IMG/VR virus record: IMGVR_UViG_3300037807_000763
Coordinates: 1-55,490 of that record
Length of the DNA: 55,490 nucleotides
Source: a virus
Taxonomy: Duplodnaviria > Caudoviricetes
Strand: one strand, 5' to 3'
Shown here: positions 16,701 through 26,858 of the stretch, one piece after another
Layout of the letters: each line of letters begins with the position of its first letter
Position numbering within the stretch: position 1 is the first letter of the stretch
Position numbers and translations under genes: made by a program
Notes under the pieces: model-generated
What the model was told of the DNA's origin: nothing
What the model saw: only the letters and a program-made list of their open reading frames with translations
The model's database searches: none

Positions 16701-17678
16701 TCAATACTCATCTTTAACGACCTCTAAAAACTTTTTTTGACTAAACTCTTCTTTAAACACCCTTTTTGCTGTTTGGCTACACTTTATGTAAAACTCTTTG
16801 TCTTCTTTTAATTTTCTTGCTAATTGTATTGCTGACTGAATATCATACGTCTGAACAGATAATTCTGGATAGCATAATCTTTGTGTGTCAGCTTTTATCT
16901 CACCGATACAAGGAATTCCGTAGTAAGCACAATTTAAGCTAAAACTTGCTGATGCAGATGTGCCCGGAAGATTTACTGCGTATTTGTAAGATTGCAAATT
17001 TTGTATCCAAGTTTTCCAGTCAACATATTCTAAATAATTAACTCCAAATGCAGGAGCAGTCTCCCAAGAATCTTTGGGCATTCTAGACTTGCCCATTGGA
17101 GGAATATAAATGCCACAATCAAATTCCTTTGCGATGATTGTTTGTTGAAGACCGTTATACTCACGAGTAAAGGGTCCTGAGATTATTGCCTTGTTTTCTT
17201 GTTTAAGATTTTTCTTCTCTTGCGGAAGCATGATGCTCCTTACTACAGATACTGGTATATTTTTGAACATTCCTTTATAATAATTGACATCTGATAAATT
17301 AGGACAAAGAATCTTGTCACATGCTGAAACATTGTTATACCACCAAATTTGTAAAACTGTGTCATGTTGATTCCAATACCCTACTTCTCCGTCTTGATAA
17401 AATAAAACTTTTCCAGAAAACTTCTTCTTAATTTCTTGAATAGCATTAAAGTGCGTTTTTACTAACCAGTGAATTATCTGTTTTTCCATATCACCTTTAG
17501 GGAGAGCTACGACAACATTTCCTTCGTATGTTGTGTCTTCTGTTAGAACCTTGTCAATTGGAAGAGCAAATGCATCCCATGTGTATATTTGGGTCTCAAG
17601 TACTCTCATGTGGGGATGTTCATTTACTAAAAATTTTCCAGTCATTCCTTGTTCTGAAATACAATAGTCTATTTTCAT
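16701..17678 (-). CDS. Putative GT-B fold glycosyltransferase
   Basis: C-terminal SLNCAYYGIPCIG resembles the GT4 ExxxxGxP region, and the gene context fits. Confidence 0.55.
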   Translation of the reverse strand: MKIDYCISEQGMTGKFLVNEHPHMRVLETQIYTWDAFALPIDKVLTEDTTYEGNVVVALPKGDMEKQIIHWLVKTHFNAIQEIKKKFSGKVLFYQDGEVGYWNQHDTVLQIWWYNNVSACDKILCPNLSDVNYYKGMFKNIPVSVVRSIMLPQEKKNLKQENKAIISGPFTREYNGLQQTIIAKEFDCGIYIPPMGKSRMPKDSWETAPAFGVNYLEYVDWKTWIQNLQSYKYAVNLPGTSASASFSLNCAYYGIPCIGEIKADTQRLCYPELSVQTYDIQSAIQLARKLKEDKEFYIKCSQTAKRVFKEEFSQKKFLEVVKDEY

Positions 17679-18244
17679 AAGTTAGCCAGTGTTGTGTATA
17701 AATTGGGTACATTGGGTTCAAAAAATGAAACATCAATTCCTTCAAAGTAACTAAGGTCTAAATAGTCTCGTCCTGATGGGCCGCTAATGTATTCTTTCGC
17801 ATTTAATTCTTTGCAAATGTTCCCTAGTAACTCTGACTTAGAGCCCTCTGCAGATAGCGTAGCAGCGCGGATGATAGGTGTATCGACTCCCAGTCTACCA
17901 GCACAATATACAATACTTCTGATGTTGATGTCTGCTAATAGTTCTGTCTCATACACATGTGTTAAGTCTAATTTGAAGTTATAAGAAAGTTTTTTTAGTA
18001 TTTTAGTTCGCCAGTTTGTTTCAGATGGTTTAACATCTTTGATTTGCTTCTTGACAGCGTCTTTCGGGACAGGTATTGTAAACCATTCTTCAACACCTTG
18101 TGAATTTTTAAATCTATTCCTATTCTGAAAATAATTCTTTCTAAAATTAACATTATCAAGGATCACAATAATATCAGCTTTGTTCATTTTTTGAAAGAAT
18201 CCCAAATATGGGAAATGTTCTGGTTGGTGGATTGTAACTTTCAT
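17675..18244 (-). CDS. WbqC-like protein
   Basis: IHQPEHFPYLGFFQK, FQNRNR, YISGPSGRDYL. Confidence 0.88.
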   Translation of the reverse strand: MKVTIHQPEHFPYLGFFQKMNKADIIVILDNVNFRKNYFQNRNRFKNSQGVEEWFTIPVPKDAVKKQIKDVKPSETNWRTKILKKLSYNFKLDLTHVYETELLADINIRSIVYCAGRLGVDTPIIRAATLSAEGSKSELLGNICKELNAKEYISGPSGRDYLDLSYFEGIDVSFFEPNVPNLYTTLANL

Positions 18245-18321
18245 TATTTAGTCTCCATGCTATAAATCATTAATAGAACATAATGTTCTATTAACTTTGC
18301 CTGTATTATTGTGTATGCTAA

Positions 18322-18957
18322 TTAAAGCCATTTTAGTATCCTGTAGACGTCATAATGTTCGTAATCATTATGAACAAAGTTTTCCATTTGATATGTCTTT
18401 CCGATGTTATAGTGTTCTTCACTCTGTAAATAGTAGCCAAGTTTTGTATATGATTGTTCTGCTTGAATGTTATACTTGTTACACATTTTTACTTTAATGT
18501 CCCAAGCATCTTTATCAAGTGGTATCCAATAATTAGTCTTAAATTTTGAAGAACTTGGTGAGTAAATAGTTATAAATTTGTTTGTGTACTTATACATTCC
18601 CATTGCAATCATATTAATAGCAAGATGATCAGTATGACAGTCTTTGTCATCGTGAGTAAGAATGTCAAACCTTTGATCAAAGTTAATAATTCCGTAAAAC
18701 TTATCTTTTAGATCATCAAGATTTGTTTGCAACTTCCTTTGTGGAAACTTTAAGTTAATATAGTTAAATTCTTTATTTTTGAGGTGTGAAGACATTAAGT
18801 CAATATTGCCTCTCCAGATTTTATCTTTTCTTTCCCAATCTGATGCTATTATCAAGTTGATATTATCATAGTCATTTGCATGTTTATTGATATATCCCCA
18901 GCAAGACAATTCAATATCATCAATATGTGCTACTAAAACATAAAGATCTTTCTTCAT
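18322..18957 (-). CDS. PIG-L/LmbE-family de-N-acetylase-like protein
   Basis: VAHIDDIE and DCHTDH motifs. Confidence 0.75.
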   Translation of the reverse strand: MKKDLYVLVAHIDDIELSCWGYINKHANDYDNINLIIASDWERKDKIWRGNIDLMSSHLKNKEFNYINLKFPQRKLQTNLDDLKDKFYGIINFDQRFDILTHDDKDCHTDHLAINMIAMGMYKYTNKFITIYSPSSSKFKTNYWIPLDKDAWDIKVKMCNKYNIQAEQSYTKLGYYLQSEEHYNIGKTYQMENFVHNDYEHYDVYRILKWL

Positions 18958-19355
18958 TTTAAAATTCCTACGTTTTCTAAATTAGCAAGTGCTCTATCCC
19001 AATCAGTAAATCTAATTCCTTTGTCGTCTATGTAGCAAACTGCTCTGGGTTTTTCTGAAGTAACTAGCTTTACGTATTTGTCCATTTGATATTTTTCCAA
19101 CCACTCCCAAACAAGCACTGTACCTGTCTTACCATTAACGAGACCTCTATCAGGCTTAGCTTTTGCTGTAAAAATTATAATGTCATATTGCTCTGATAAC
19201 AGTTTTAAAGATTCGAATGATCCCTCAACGGGCTCATCATAAATTGTACCATCATAGTAGCCCTTTGAGCACTTGTGAATTACACCATCAAAGTCTATTG
19301 CTAGATTTGTTAATTCATCTTGAAAACTATTTTCTCTTATGTCTTTATCTGCCAT
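18954..19355 (-). CDS. HAD-superfamily phosphatase (capless type)
   Basis: IDFDGV, IFTA, KP, YIDDK. Confidence 0.85.
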   Translation of the reverse strand: MADKDIRENSFQDELTNLAIDFDGVIHKCSKGYYDGTIYDEPVEGSFESLKLLSEQYDIIIFTAKAKPDRGLVNGKTGTVLVWEWLEKYQMDKYVKLVTSEKPRAVCYIDDKGIRFTDWDRALANLENVGILK

Positions 19356-19888
19356 TATTGTCTCGTTTTAAGTTTTGGGATTGTGTATCCTGCTTCCTCA
19401 TAAAGTCTGTACATCAACATGATAATTAAAATTTCGTATTTGTAATAGTGTGATGTATTTATATCTATAGTATTCTTTGCTGGCTTACCTTCAAAATTTC
19501 CAGTAATTAAAAAATTATCAATATTATGATTACTTGCCCATTTGAGGGCTTCATTTACATCTGGGGAATTACCTGATGCTGAAAAGCCGATTACAAGTGC
19601 AAAATGGTTTTTGTGGTCCTTAATTTGTGATGTCAGCCAATCTGATAACCATGTTTTGTAGTCGTAGTCGCCATGCCATATTGCTACAGTATCTGAGTCA
19701 GGTGATAGGAACTTTTTATCATTGTTCATTAAGCGCATTAGATCTGTGCCGAGGTGTCGGGTGATTGCTGTATTACCTCCGTGACTACACAAATAAATCT
19801 CTGTTGATAGTGAAAACTTCTCACTCAAGTCTTTCCAAGCCTTAGTATCTACTAGTGTGTTGTACCTCCACTCTAAATTTGTATACAT
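19355..19888 (-). CDS. SIS-domain sugar-phosphate isomerase (divergent GmhA-like)
   Basis: CSHGGN (cf. CGNGGS), FSASGNS, ITG. Confidence 0.7.
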   Translation of the reverse strand: MYTNLEWRYNTLVDTKAWKDLSEKFSLSTEIYLCSHGGNTAITRHLGTDLMRLMNNDKKFLSPDSDTVAIWHGDYDYKTWLSDWLTSQIKDHKNHFALVIGFSASGNSPDVNEALKWASNHNIDNFLITGNFEGKPAKNTIDINTSHYYKYEILIIMLMYRLYEEAGYTIPKLKTRQ

Positions 19889-20766
19889 TATTTATCCTCT
19901 AGTATTTCAAGCAATGCATCATTGAGCTCTCTATTAGTATTCTTAGTCAACTTGAAAACACGATCTTTTGTGTATGTATAAGGACAAACTTTGTAATGTG
20001 ATTCTGTCCTGCCTTCTGTAATATTTGTTTTAAAATTAATCTTTAAGTCTCCTCCCATTAGTTCCCTTATAATATTAAACAGATCACTAGTTCTCGTCTT
20101 GTAAGAACCTGTTATTGCTAGGGTTTTGTTATCCTGACTACTTCTTATTGCTGCTAAGCTTAAGTCTGCCGCATCCTCAACATGGATATATTCTCTAATT
20201 TCAGTTCCGTCCCCTGTATAATTTATCTGATTGCTATCAAGTGCCTCTGTTAGGAATTTTTCAATGCTATTTGTTTCTGGCGCGCCGAGACCATAGATTG
20301 TGCCAAAACGAAGTAGAGAATATTTTAAATTAAAAAAGTTATGAAAGTCTTTAATGATCATTTCACACGTCTTCTTTGTAGATGAATAAAATCCTCCATG
20401 ATTTCCACCTGCGTACATACTACTAGCAAAAATAAATTTTGCAATTCTTTTTTCAACACATACTTGTAATAACTTGGTCGTTCCCAATACATTATATGTT
20501 ACACATTTGACTGGATCTAGAAGACACTCATCAATATCAGATATGCCTGCTAAGTGAAAGACAATATCACCTTTACTAATTGATCTATTAAGTACCCCCT
20601 TGTCAAGTATTGAACCAACTATTGACTCAATGTTCTCATTATTTTCTAATGGTGGGGTGACATCAATAACCTTCACAAAGTAACCAAGCTTTACAGCTGC
20701 AGCAGCTATATAACTGCCCAAGAATCCATTCCCGCCTGTAATAATTATAGTTTGTTTTTTATGCAT
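19888..20766 (-). CDS. NAD-dependent nucleotide-sugar epimerase/dehydratase
   Basis: TGGNGFLG, HLAG, ASS, YSSTK, REYIHVED. Start placed at MHKKQ. Confidence 0.9.
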   Translation of the reverse strand: MHKKQTIIITGGNGFLGSYIAAAAVKLGYFVKVIDVTPPLENNENIESIVGSILDKGVLNRSISKGDIVFHLAGISDIDECLLDPVKCVTYNVLGTTKLLQVCVEKRIAKFIFASSMYAGGNHGGFYSSTKKTCEMIIKDFHNFFNLKYSLLRFGTIYGLGAPETNSIEKFLTEALDSNQINYTGDGTEIREYIHVEDAADLSLAAIRSSQDNKTLAITGSYKTRTSDLFNIIRELMGGDLKINFKTNITEGRTESHYKVCPYTYTKDRVFKLTKNTNRELNDALLEILEDK

Positions 20767-21604
20767 TTTGAATATTTTTAATTGCTTCAGTTTCCATTTT
20801 GTGTCTTGCTTTTTTTGTATAGCTACCAATATGGGGTGTCATGATTACATTTTTGAGAATTGATAATCCAGAATTCCAATCATAGGGCTCATTTTCAAAT
20901 ACATCTAAAGCAGCAATTGCATTATTATTTTGCACAAGCCACTTGTACAAGTCCTTCTCATTAAAGATTTCACCCCTTGATGTGTTGACTAGAATTACGT
21001 CTTCTTTCATTTGAGAAAAATCAGATTTTTCAATTTGTTTGCTAAGCTTGGGAACATGGAATGTGATTATATCAGACTCTCTATAGATCTCTTCTAAAGT
21101 AGTTGTGTCTTCTATCTCGATGTCGTTTACAAGTACTCCCTTTGGTGAGAAAGACTTTAAATGTTTTTCTACTTTTTTCCCAATCCTGCCGTACCCGACG
21201 ATTCCAATGACACATTCACTTAGCTCTCTACCTAAGGACTTTTTCCAAATTTTTTGATTATGAAGCCTCAAAGCTGATAATATAAATGCAATTGTCAACT
21301 CTGCAACTGCATTTGTGGGTGCATCAGGTGTATTATAGACTTTGATATTTCTTTTTTTACACTCCTGAAGATTGATTGATGATACACCAATACCAACTCT
21401 GGAAATTAATTTTAAGTTACTACATAAATCAAGTTCCTGTTTTCCATAATTTTCTGTGCCTGCTATTATTATTTCTGGGTTTACTTTTTTTAGAAGCGAA
21501 AGAATCTCTCGCTGTGTATACTTCATCTTTTTTGTGTTATATGTTACATTATTAAACCCATCAACAGGCACAGTAAAAGGGTGTGTAGTTACCAATACTT
21601 TCAT
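20759..21604 (-). CDS. D-2-hydroxyacid dehydrogenase (SerA-like)
   Basis: AVAE, GYGRIG, HVP, NTSRG, LDVFENEP, TPHIG. Confidence 0.9.
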   Translation of the reverse strand: MKVLVTTHPFTVPVDGFNNVTYNTKKMKYTQREILSLLKKVNPEIIIAGTENYGKQELDLCSNLKLISRVGIGVSSINLQECKKRNIKVYNTPDAPTNAVAELTIAFILSALRLHNQKIWKKSLGRELSECVIGIVGYGRIGKKVEKHLKSFSPKGVLVNDIEIEDTTTLEEIYRESDIITFHVPKLSKQIEKSDFSQMKEDVILVNTSRGEIFNEKDLYKWLVQNNNAIAALDVFENEPYDWNSGLSILKNVIMTPHIGSYTKKARHKMETEAIKNIQNA

Positions 21605-22296
21605 TAGAAGTTGTAAAATTCTCCCCAGTTATAGATTTCGTTATCTGAGTAGATAGCTTTTGCCACTGCGTAATCGAATGGTGTGTCTATATCAATTGAC
21701 TCAACTTCATCTGTTAAGATGAACCCTGGATTATCACCTACAACTCTTGACATTCCTCTTAGTACATCTCTTTTTGCGATTGTAATACCGTAATTTAATT
21801 TAAAAATTTCAGGAAGATCCTGGCTGTTTGGTACATCATCTAAATCATAGTTTAGTGGATAACCATCAAGCCACAAATGATTTTTAACTTCTGTAATTGA
21901 TGTGATACTATCATAGCTATTTTCTAGATAAAACTTAATTGCTGATTCATGTGTTTTGACTGAAATAAAGGGTGAACAAACTGGTGCAAGAAAAATGTGT
22001 TCTGCATTAGTTATTTCTCCAATGTGCTTATGAAATTCAGAATTAGTACACTCTGAACTTGCATAGTATTCCTCACGTTTGTGTATTGAACAATCATAAT
22101 CTTCACCAATTGAGAGCATTAAGTCAGAATCACTATTAACTATTATTTCTTCAATAAAACCTGCGGCCTTGAGAAGGGCTAAGACTTCTAGCTTTCTTTC
22201 AAGTAAAGTTTTGCTACCAATCTTTTGTAAATTCTTGTCTTTGATTCTCTGCGATCCACTTCTGACTGCAACAACTGCTGTTATACCTGTTGACAT
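21604..22296 (-). CDS. neuA: Acylneuraminate/ulosonate cytidylyltransferase (CMP-NeuAc synthetase family)
   Basis: VRSGSQRIKDKN, SD, SPF, NSQDLP, SIDIDTPFD. The substrate is not necessarily Neu5Ac. Confidence 0.85.
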   Translation of the reverse strand: MSTGITAVVAVRSGSQRIKDKNLQKIGSKTLLERKLEVLALLKAAGFIEEIIVNSDSDLMLSIGEDYDCSIHKREEYYASSECTNSEFHKHIGEITNAEHIFLAPVCSPFISVKTHESAIKFYLENSYDSITSITEVKNHLWLDGYPLNYDLDDVPNSQDLPEIFKLNYGITIAKRDVLRGMSRVVGDNPGFILTDEVESIDIDTPFDYAVAKAIYSDNEIYNWGEFYNF

Positions 22297-23027
22297 TAAA
22301 ATTGTCCCCCATTGATATCCAAACATGCACCATGAATATAGTTGCTTTTATTTGAACATAAAAATAAAATTGGATCAACAATCTCAGTAACTGTTGCTAG
22401 TCGCTTTAGAGGTATAGTTCTTTCTAACTCTTGTATCTGTTCTTCTCTCATAGATTGTTGTAACATATCAGTTAAAGTTTGACTTGGGCAAACACAGTTT
22501 ATATTAATTCCTTTGGGACCAAGTTCTTGTGCAAATTGTCTTGTTAGTCCAATGATACCTGACTTAGATGCTGTATAATGAACCCCACTGACAATACTCT
22601 TACTTCGTCCTGCAATTGATGAGACATTGACGATTTTACTACCGTACTTCATTCTTTTGACAGCTTCTTTAATTGTCAAGAAAAAAGATCTTAGATTAGT
22701 ATCTAAAACCTCATCCCATTCACATGATGAAATATCTTCATGGTTTTTGCAATAATTTATTCCTGCAACGTTTACTAAAATGTCTAGTTTACCTTCTTTC
22801 TTGTCGAATTCTTCAAATCCTCTTATGATGCCAGATTCATTTTTTATATTCACAGGAATATGAGTTGAGTAATGAAAGGGTCTTATGCTTGGTATTCTAT
22901 TATCTTCTTTTTTACTTCTTGAGAAATAATAAGTGTCGTATCCCAAACTCTGAAAAGCTTCAGTGACACCTTTGCCGATTCCTCGACTGCCGCCAACAAC
23001 TAGTACTTTCTTAGTGTATATAGACAT
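22296..23027 (-). CDS. Short-chain dehydrogenase/reductase (FabG-like)
   Basis: GGSRGIG, NVAG, VSS, YTASK, INGG. Confidence 0.92.
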   Translation of the reverse strand: MSIYTKKVLVVGGSRGIGKGVTEAFQSLGYDTYYFSRSKKEDNRIPSIRPFHYSTHIPVNIKNESGIIRGFEEFDKKEGKLDILVNVAGINYCKNHEDISSCEWDEVLDTNLRSFFLTIKEAVKRMKYGSKIVNVSSIAGRSKSIVSGVHYTASKSGIIGLTRQFAQELGPKGININCVCPSQTLTDMLQQSMREEQIQELERTIPLKRLATVTEIVDPILFLCSNKSNYIHGACLDINGGQF

Positions 23028-23448
23028 GTTCTACATCTGGTTTTGTTATCGCGTACCTAGCACCCGGTCCTGATATACATGTAATAAGATGAAGTGTTCC
23101 TTTTTTTACAATAATTATATCATTTTGTGAAACTTTTTTTGTTCCCTGTCCGTCAATCCACCACTCCCACTCGCCATCTAGTATAACCCAATTTTCATCA
23201 GCGTTTGGGTGATAATGTTTCCTGTTTCCTTCACCTGATTGTTGATTAATTATAACCCCGCCGAATGCGTCATTATATGCTAATCTAACTGCCCAGGATT
23301 TATCTACACCAAACTCTGCTCTAAGACTTGATAAGTTTGTTGTTGTAGCATTTTCATATTTTTGTAAAGTTTCCCATTGTATGTTGTCTAAGCCATCTGC
23401 TTTTAAAACTTTAACTACATCTGTTTCTGAAGTGATTATATTTTGCAT
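23011..23448 (-). CDS. Cupin-domain protein
   Basis: HYHPNADENWVILDG...GTLH metal-binding motifs. Confidence 0.85.
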   Translation of the reverse strand: MQNIITSETDVVKVLKADGLDNIQWETLQKYENATTTNLSSLRAEFGVDKSWAVRLAYNDAFGGVIINQQSGEGNRKHYHPNADENWVILDGEWEWWIDGQGTKKVSQNDIIIVKKGTLHLITCISGPGARYAITKPDVEHVYIH

Positions 23449-23534
23449 AATATATTTTCATAAATAGTGTTTTTTGTAAAGGTCTTTAACATGTTTTTAT
23501 AACCTGTTTTATATATATATAAACTGTTTTGTTG

Positions 23535-24545
23535 TTAATGTAATTTTTTAATAATATTGTCCCAGGTGTTGTACCAATTATACTCTGTCTTGATTCTTTT
23601 TTGAATCTTCTGTATAAACGGTAATTGTTTATCAACATTCTTGATATAATACTCTGAAAGTTCTTTGTATTCATCTGCATGTCGCGACCAAACAACTTCA
23701 TCTTCATTGAAGAAATCTAAAACCCCCGGAGAATCAGCAACACCAAATCTTCCTGCTGTGAAAACAGACCAGAATCTATCCTGGATACCATGTTCAACTT
23801 TCCAAGATAGTGCGTTGATGATTGGGCATAGTTTTGATGATGTTAGTATCTTTTTATGCTCATTATCTTCTACAGGACCTCGTTGTGTTCCCATACCTGC
23901 TAAGTTCCATGTATATTTTCCTGTATTCAGAGGTTGCAAGAATTGTTCAACTGAATCAATATTTCCTCTGCCTTTTTTACCCCAAATGCTGCCAACGAAG
24001 CCTAAGTCAGCTTTAAAATTATCCATTACTGGTTTAGCATTTTGAATCTCATCCCAATCATACAAAGATGAACCCCAGGGAACCCAAAATATTCTGTTTT
24101 CTTTTTCTAATTTATTAACAATTCGTTTCTTCTCTGGAAACTCTTCATATCTAGTTTTACATCCAAAAGAGTAGATATTAACTCCTGCGTCTAATGCATC
24201 TTCTACTAATTTGTATGGTGTCCACCTCCAAGTTTTGCACCACTCTTCACACTCGTCCCATGTATTACCCCATGTAACATTAGAATCGTAATTACCCAAT
24301 GCTGTTAGTTTTTGTAAGATCACATCACCTGGTTTATAGATTCCTTCATTGATAAGCCAGACTAAGTCTGGTTCACACCATGAAATAAAAATCCGATTTT
24401 TTTCATTACCAATATCTTCTTTTTCTACCCATCTTACATCATAACCCAAATGCTTTAATACTTTTTCAAACCTTAGCCACGGGTACCAATTCGTATGTTG
24501 ATGTGGTTTTGTGTATCCCAAAAGATAAATTACTCTATTTCTCAT
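23535..24545 (-). CDS. Putative GT-B glycosyltransferase (CgeB/YkvP-like)
   Basis: DLGFVGS, DRFW..F.AGRF..AD and a C-terminal YNW pattern. Confidence 0.65.
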   Translation of the reverse strand: MRNRVIYLLGYTKPHQHTNWYPWLRFEKVLKHLGYDVRWVEKEDIGNEKNRIFISWCEPDLVWLINEGIYKPGDVILQKLTALGNYDSNVTWGNTWDECEEWCKTWRWTPYKLVEDALDAGVNIYSFGCKTRYEEFPEKKRIVNKLEKENRIFWVPWGSSLYDWDEIQNAKPVMDNFKADLGFVGSIWGKKGRGNIDSVEQFLQPLNTGKYTWNLAGMGTQRGPVEDNEHKKILTSSKLCPIINALSWKVEHGIQDRFWSVFTAGRFGVADSPGVLDFFNEDEVVWSRHADEYKELSEYYIKNVDKQLPFIQKIQKRIKTEYNWYNTWDNIIKKLH

Positions 24546-25327
24546 TTTAATAACTCATGTATTTCGTTGTCTAATGTAAATTTATTTTCTGTTTGGCATA
24601 ACAATTTTATAATGTGCATTTGAGGTTCTTGTGAGTGACCTTCTTTCTGCATATTTATCATACCATTATATTTGCCAGATTTGTCATTATTTGTAGAACC
24701 TGCTTTATAGTCTCCAACCCACCCATCTTGAAAGAATGATATACCTGTTAAGTGGAGTGTTTTTACATCATAGTTTATTAAGTCTAAAATTGCTGATGTT
24801 GCTACGTTTGACCTTGTCTCCATTGATATATGTGTGTTTAAGTGATAAATAAGATCTGAGGGCACATGGAAATTGATCCTTTTGTTATTTTGCTTGTCAA
24901 AATTCTTGTTATCATTGTGAAAATAGCTTAAGTTATATGGAAATTGTGATGCGAGCCATTCGACACCATGTTCAACCATGCTATCAATATCATATTGGCC
25001 ACCGTTATTTTCATGTTCCATCATACAGTGGTAACGTATATTTGTTTTTTGGCCGTAATCTTTTTCTAATTCTTTAGTTGGTTGCCATGCTTTGTTTAAT
25101 CTTACAACAATATCATATTTGTCAATTGATGCGCCTCGACCAAGTCCTTGTAGATATGGTGAAGGCCCAACAACAATAACACTTTTGCCCATCAAGTATT
25201 TATTAAACTTAGAAGATATTTTTACATCGCTTCTTATTATACTAAGTTCCTCATTAGTTAAATCAGTTTTACATCCCTCTCTAAAGGGTTCATCAACTGT
25301 CCAATCAAATGTTTTATAAAGATGCAT
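24542..25327 (-). CDS. GT29 sialyltransferase-like protein
   Basis: Sialylmotif-L-like VIVVGPSPYL...GASIDKYDIVVRLN...KDYGQKT, S-like segment ...LHLTGISFF, VS-like HSQEPQ. Start placed at MHLYK. Confidence 0.75.
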   Translation of the reverse strand: MHLYKTFDWTVDEPFREGCKTDLTNEELSIIRSDVKISSKFNKYLMGKSVIVVGPSPYLQGLGRGASIDKYDIVVRLNKAWQPTKELEKDYGQKTNIRYHCMMEHENNGGQYDIDSMVEHGVEWLASQFPYNLSYFHNDNKNFDKQNNKRINFHVPSDLIYHLNTHISMETRSNVATSAILDLINYDVKTLHLTGISFFQDGWVGDYKAGSTNNDKSGKYNGMINMQKEGHSQEPQMHIIKLLCQTENKFTLDNEIHELLK

Positions 25328-25937
25328 AGAGCTTGTTTTGTTTTTCCTGCTTACTGATTTTCTTGTGATGATAAAAGCACCAAATCTCTTCAAAGGGGAG
25401 ATATGAGTCTTGTTTTGCACCCACTAATCTTTCATGCACGGGCTTTTGCCATGTAATTGATTTACAATTCTTATAAATTCTTTGCTGTGAGTCTGGGAAA
25501 TTAACCCATCCTTTCTCATTTATATTCCATTTCCACTTATTAATGTGTTCTTCTGTTAAACCATCTACCGTGTTAATCCTCGGTACCCAGTATAATTCAA
25601 TATCAGGATTTGCTGAGATGAGTGATTTAATATTTGAAATTAAATTCTTGTGGGGTATTTCGTCTGCATCAATGTTTACTATCCAGTCACCTGTGCATTG
25701 TTCATTTAAGAAGTTTTTTTGATTTGAGAAGTTACCCTCTAAAGCTCTCTCTACTAACTTTATATTATTACTTTTGTCATGAATAAATCTATCAAAAACT
25801 CTCCATGTCCTTTGATCAGAGTAATCATCGAGAATAACAATTTCATCTTCTGGATCTTTATGCTTAAGGAGAAATCCTATCAACTCTTCTATTTCTTTGT
25901 GCTCGTTATGTGTTGTTATCGCATAACTTATAACCAT
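25314..25937 (-). CDS. Glycosyltransferase family 2
   Basis: ITTHNE, LDDYSD, NIDADE, VPRIN, PVHE. Confidence 0.9.
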   Translation of the reverse strand: MVISYAITTHNEHKEIEELIGFLLKHKDPEDEIVILDDYSDQRTWRVFDRFIHDKSNNIKLVERALEGNFSNQKNFLNEQCTGDWIVNIDADEIPHKNLISNIKSLISANPDIELYWVPRINTVDGLTEEHINKWKWNINEKGWVNFPDSQQRIYKNCKSITWQKPVHERLVGAKQDSYLPFEEIWCFYHHKKISKQEKQNKLYASL

Positions 25938-25939
25938 TT

Positions 25940-26422
25940 TTAAATATCCTCTTCGTCAACTTCCGGTATTGATGTATTTTCCCATTCTTTAATTAATTCT
26001 TTTGGCCACTCAAAATCTTCTTTAATAAAAAGAGCTCTCGTGTTACATATATGCCAACTAAATGTCCTGTAAATTGGGAACTGACTCAGAATATTTTTCA
26101 ATTCTTTGTACTGACCTCTGTAATTCTTGTCTGAAACTACTCTGTAAGAACCCTCAGATATTTTCATTACAGATCCTGCTTTCTTTAAAATCTTTTTAAT
26201 TGCACCTTCTGTCAAAATAGGTGCATCTGATTTTGAAGGTGAAGCTTTTATTTGTATTGCGTGAACTAATCTTACACGCTTTCCATCTTTTCTCTTGTAC
26301 ATGTGTTTTGGGTTAAGTATAAGACAAGTTCTTGATCTTGATTTTGCACCAGGTTTTTTCCCTTTGTAGCGAAAAGATACAACTTCACCTGACTTTAGTT
26401 TACTCCAGCTTATTCTCTTCAT
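25940..26422 (-). CDS. Hypothetical basic protein
   Basis: 160-aa ORF, tightly packed. Confidence 0.7.
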   Translation of the reverse strand: MKRISWSKLKSGEVVSFRYKGKKPGAKSRSRTCLILNPKHMYKRKDGKRVRLVHAIQIKASPSKSDAPILTEGAIKKILKKAGSVMKISEGSYRVVSDKNYRGQYKELKNILSQFPIYRTFSWHICNTRALFIKEDFEWPKELIKEWENTSIPEVDEEDI

Positions 26423-26857
26423 TTATATATCCTTAACAATACCCATCGCTTTACATGCAGATAAAAAATCATACTTTTGATAAGTTTTAGCACTTTTAAC
26501 ATCTAATATTGATTCATATTGATCACCTAAATCTTTTTTCTCTTTACTTGAGATTTTCTTGACTGTTGCGTACTTCCAAGACCAATTGTTAATAGAGCCT
26601 TCTGGGAAAATTAATCCAAGTGCACCCATATTTACAACTGATGGGAACCACCAGATTTTTCTTTCTTTGTCAAATGTTTTTAATTCATTTATTAGCAAAG
26701 AAGAATCCCCTTGAACTGTCTCTTCAGCATCATCTGTAAACCTAGTATCTGACATAAAACCACAGTTAAAGCACATATAGCTACTATAATCTTCTTGCAT
26801 TTCTTCAAAGCAATGATCAGTTGACTCACAAATTGGGCATGTTATGACACGTTCCAT
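26423..26857 (-). CDS. Zn-ribbon protein
   Basis: CPIC...CFNCG. Confidence 0.75.
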   Translation of the reverse strand: MERVITCPICESTDHCFEEMQEDYSSYMCFNCGFMSDTRFTDDAEETVQGDSSLLINELKTFDKERKIWWFPSVVNMGALGLIFPEGSINNWSWKYATVKKISSKEKKDLGDQYESILDVKSAKTYQKYDFLSACKAMGIVKDI

Positions 26858-26858
26858 C

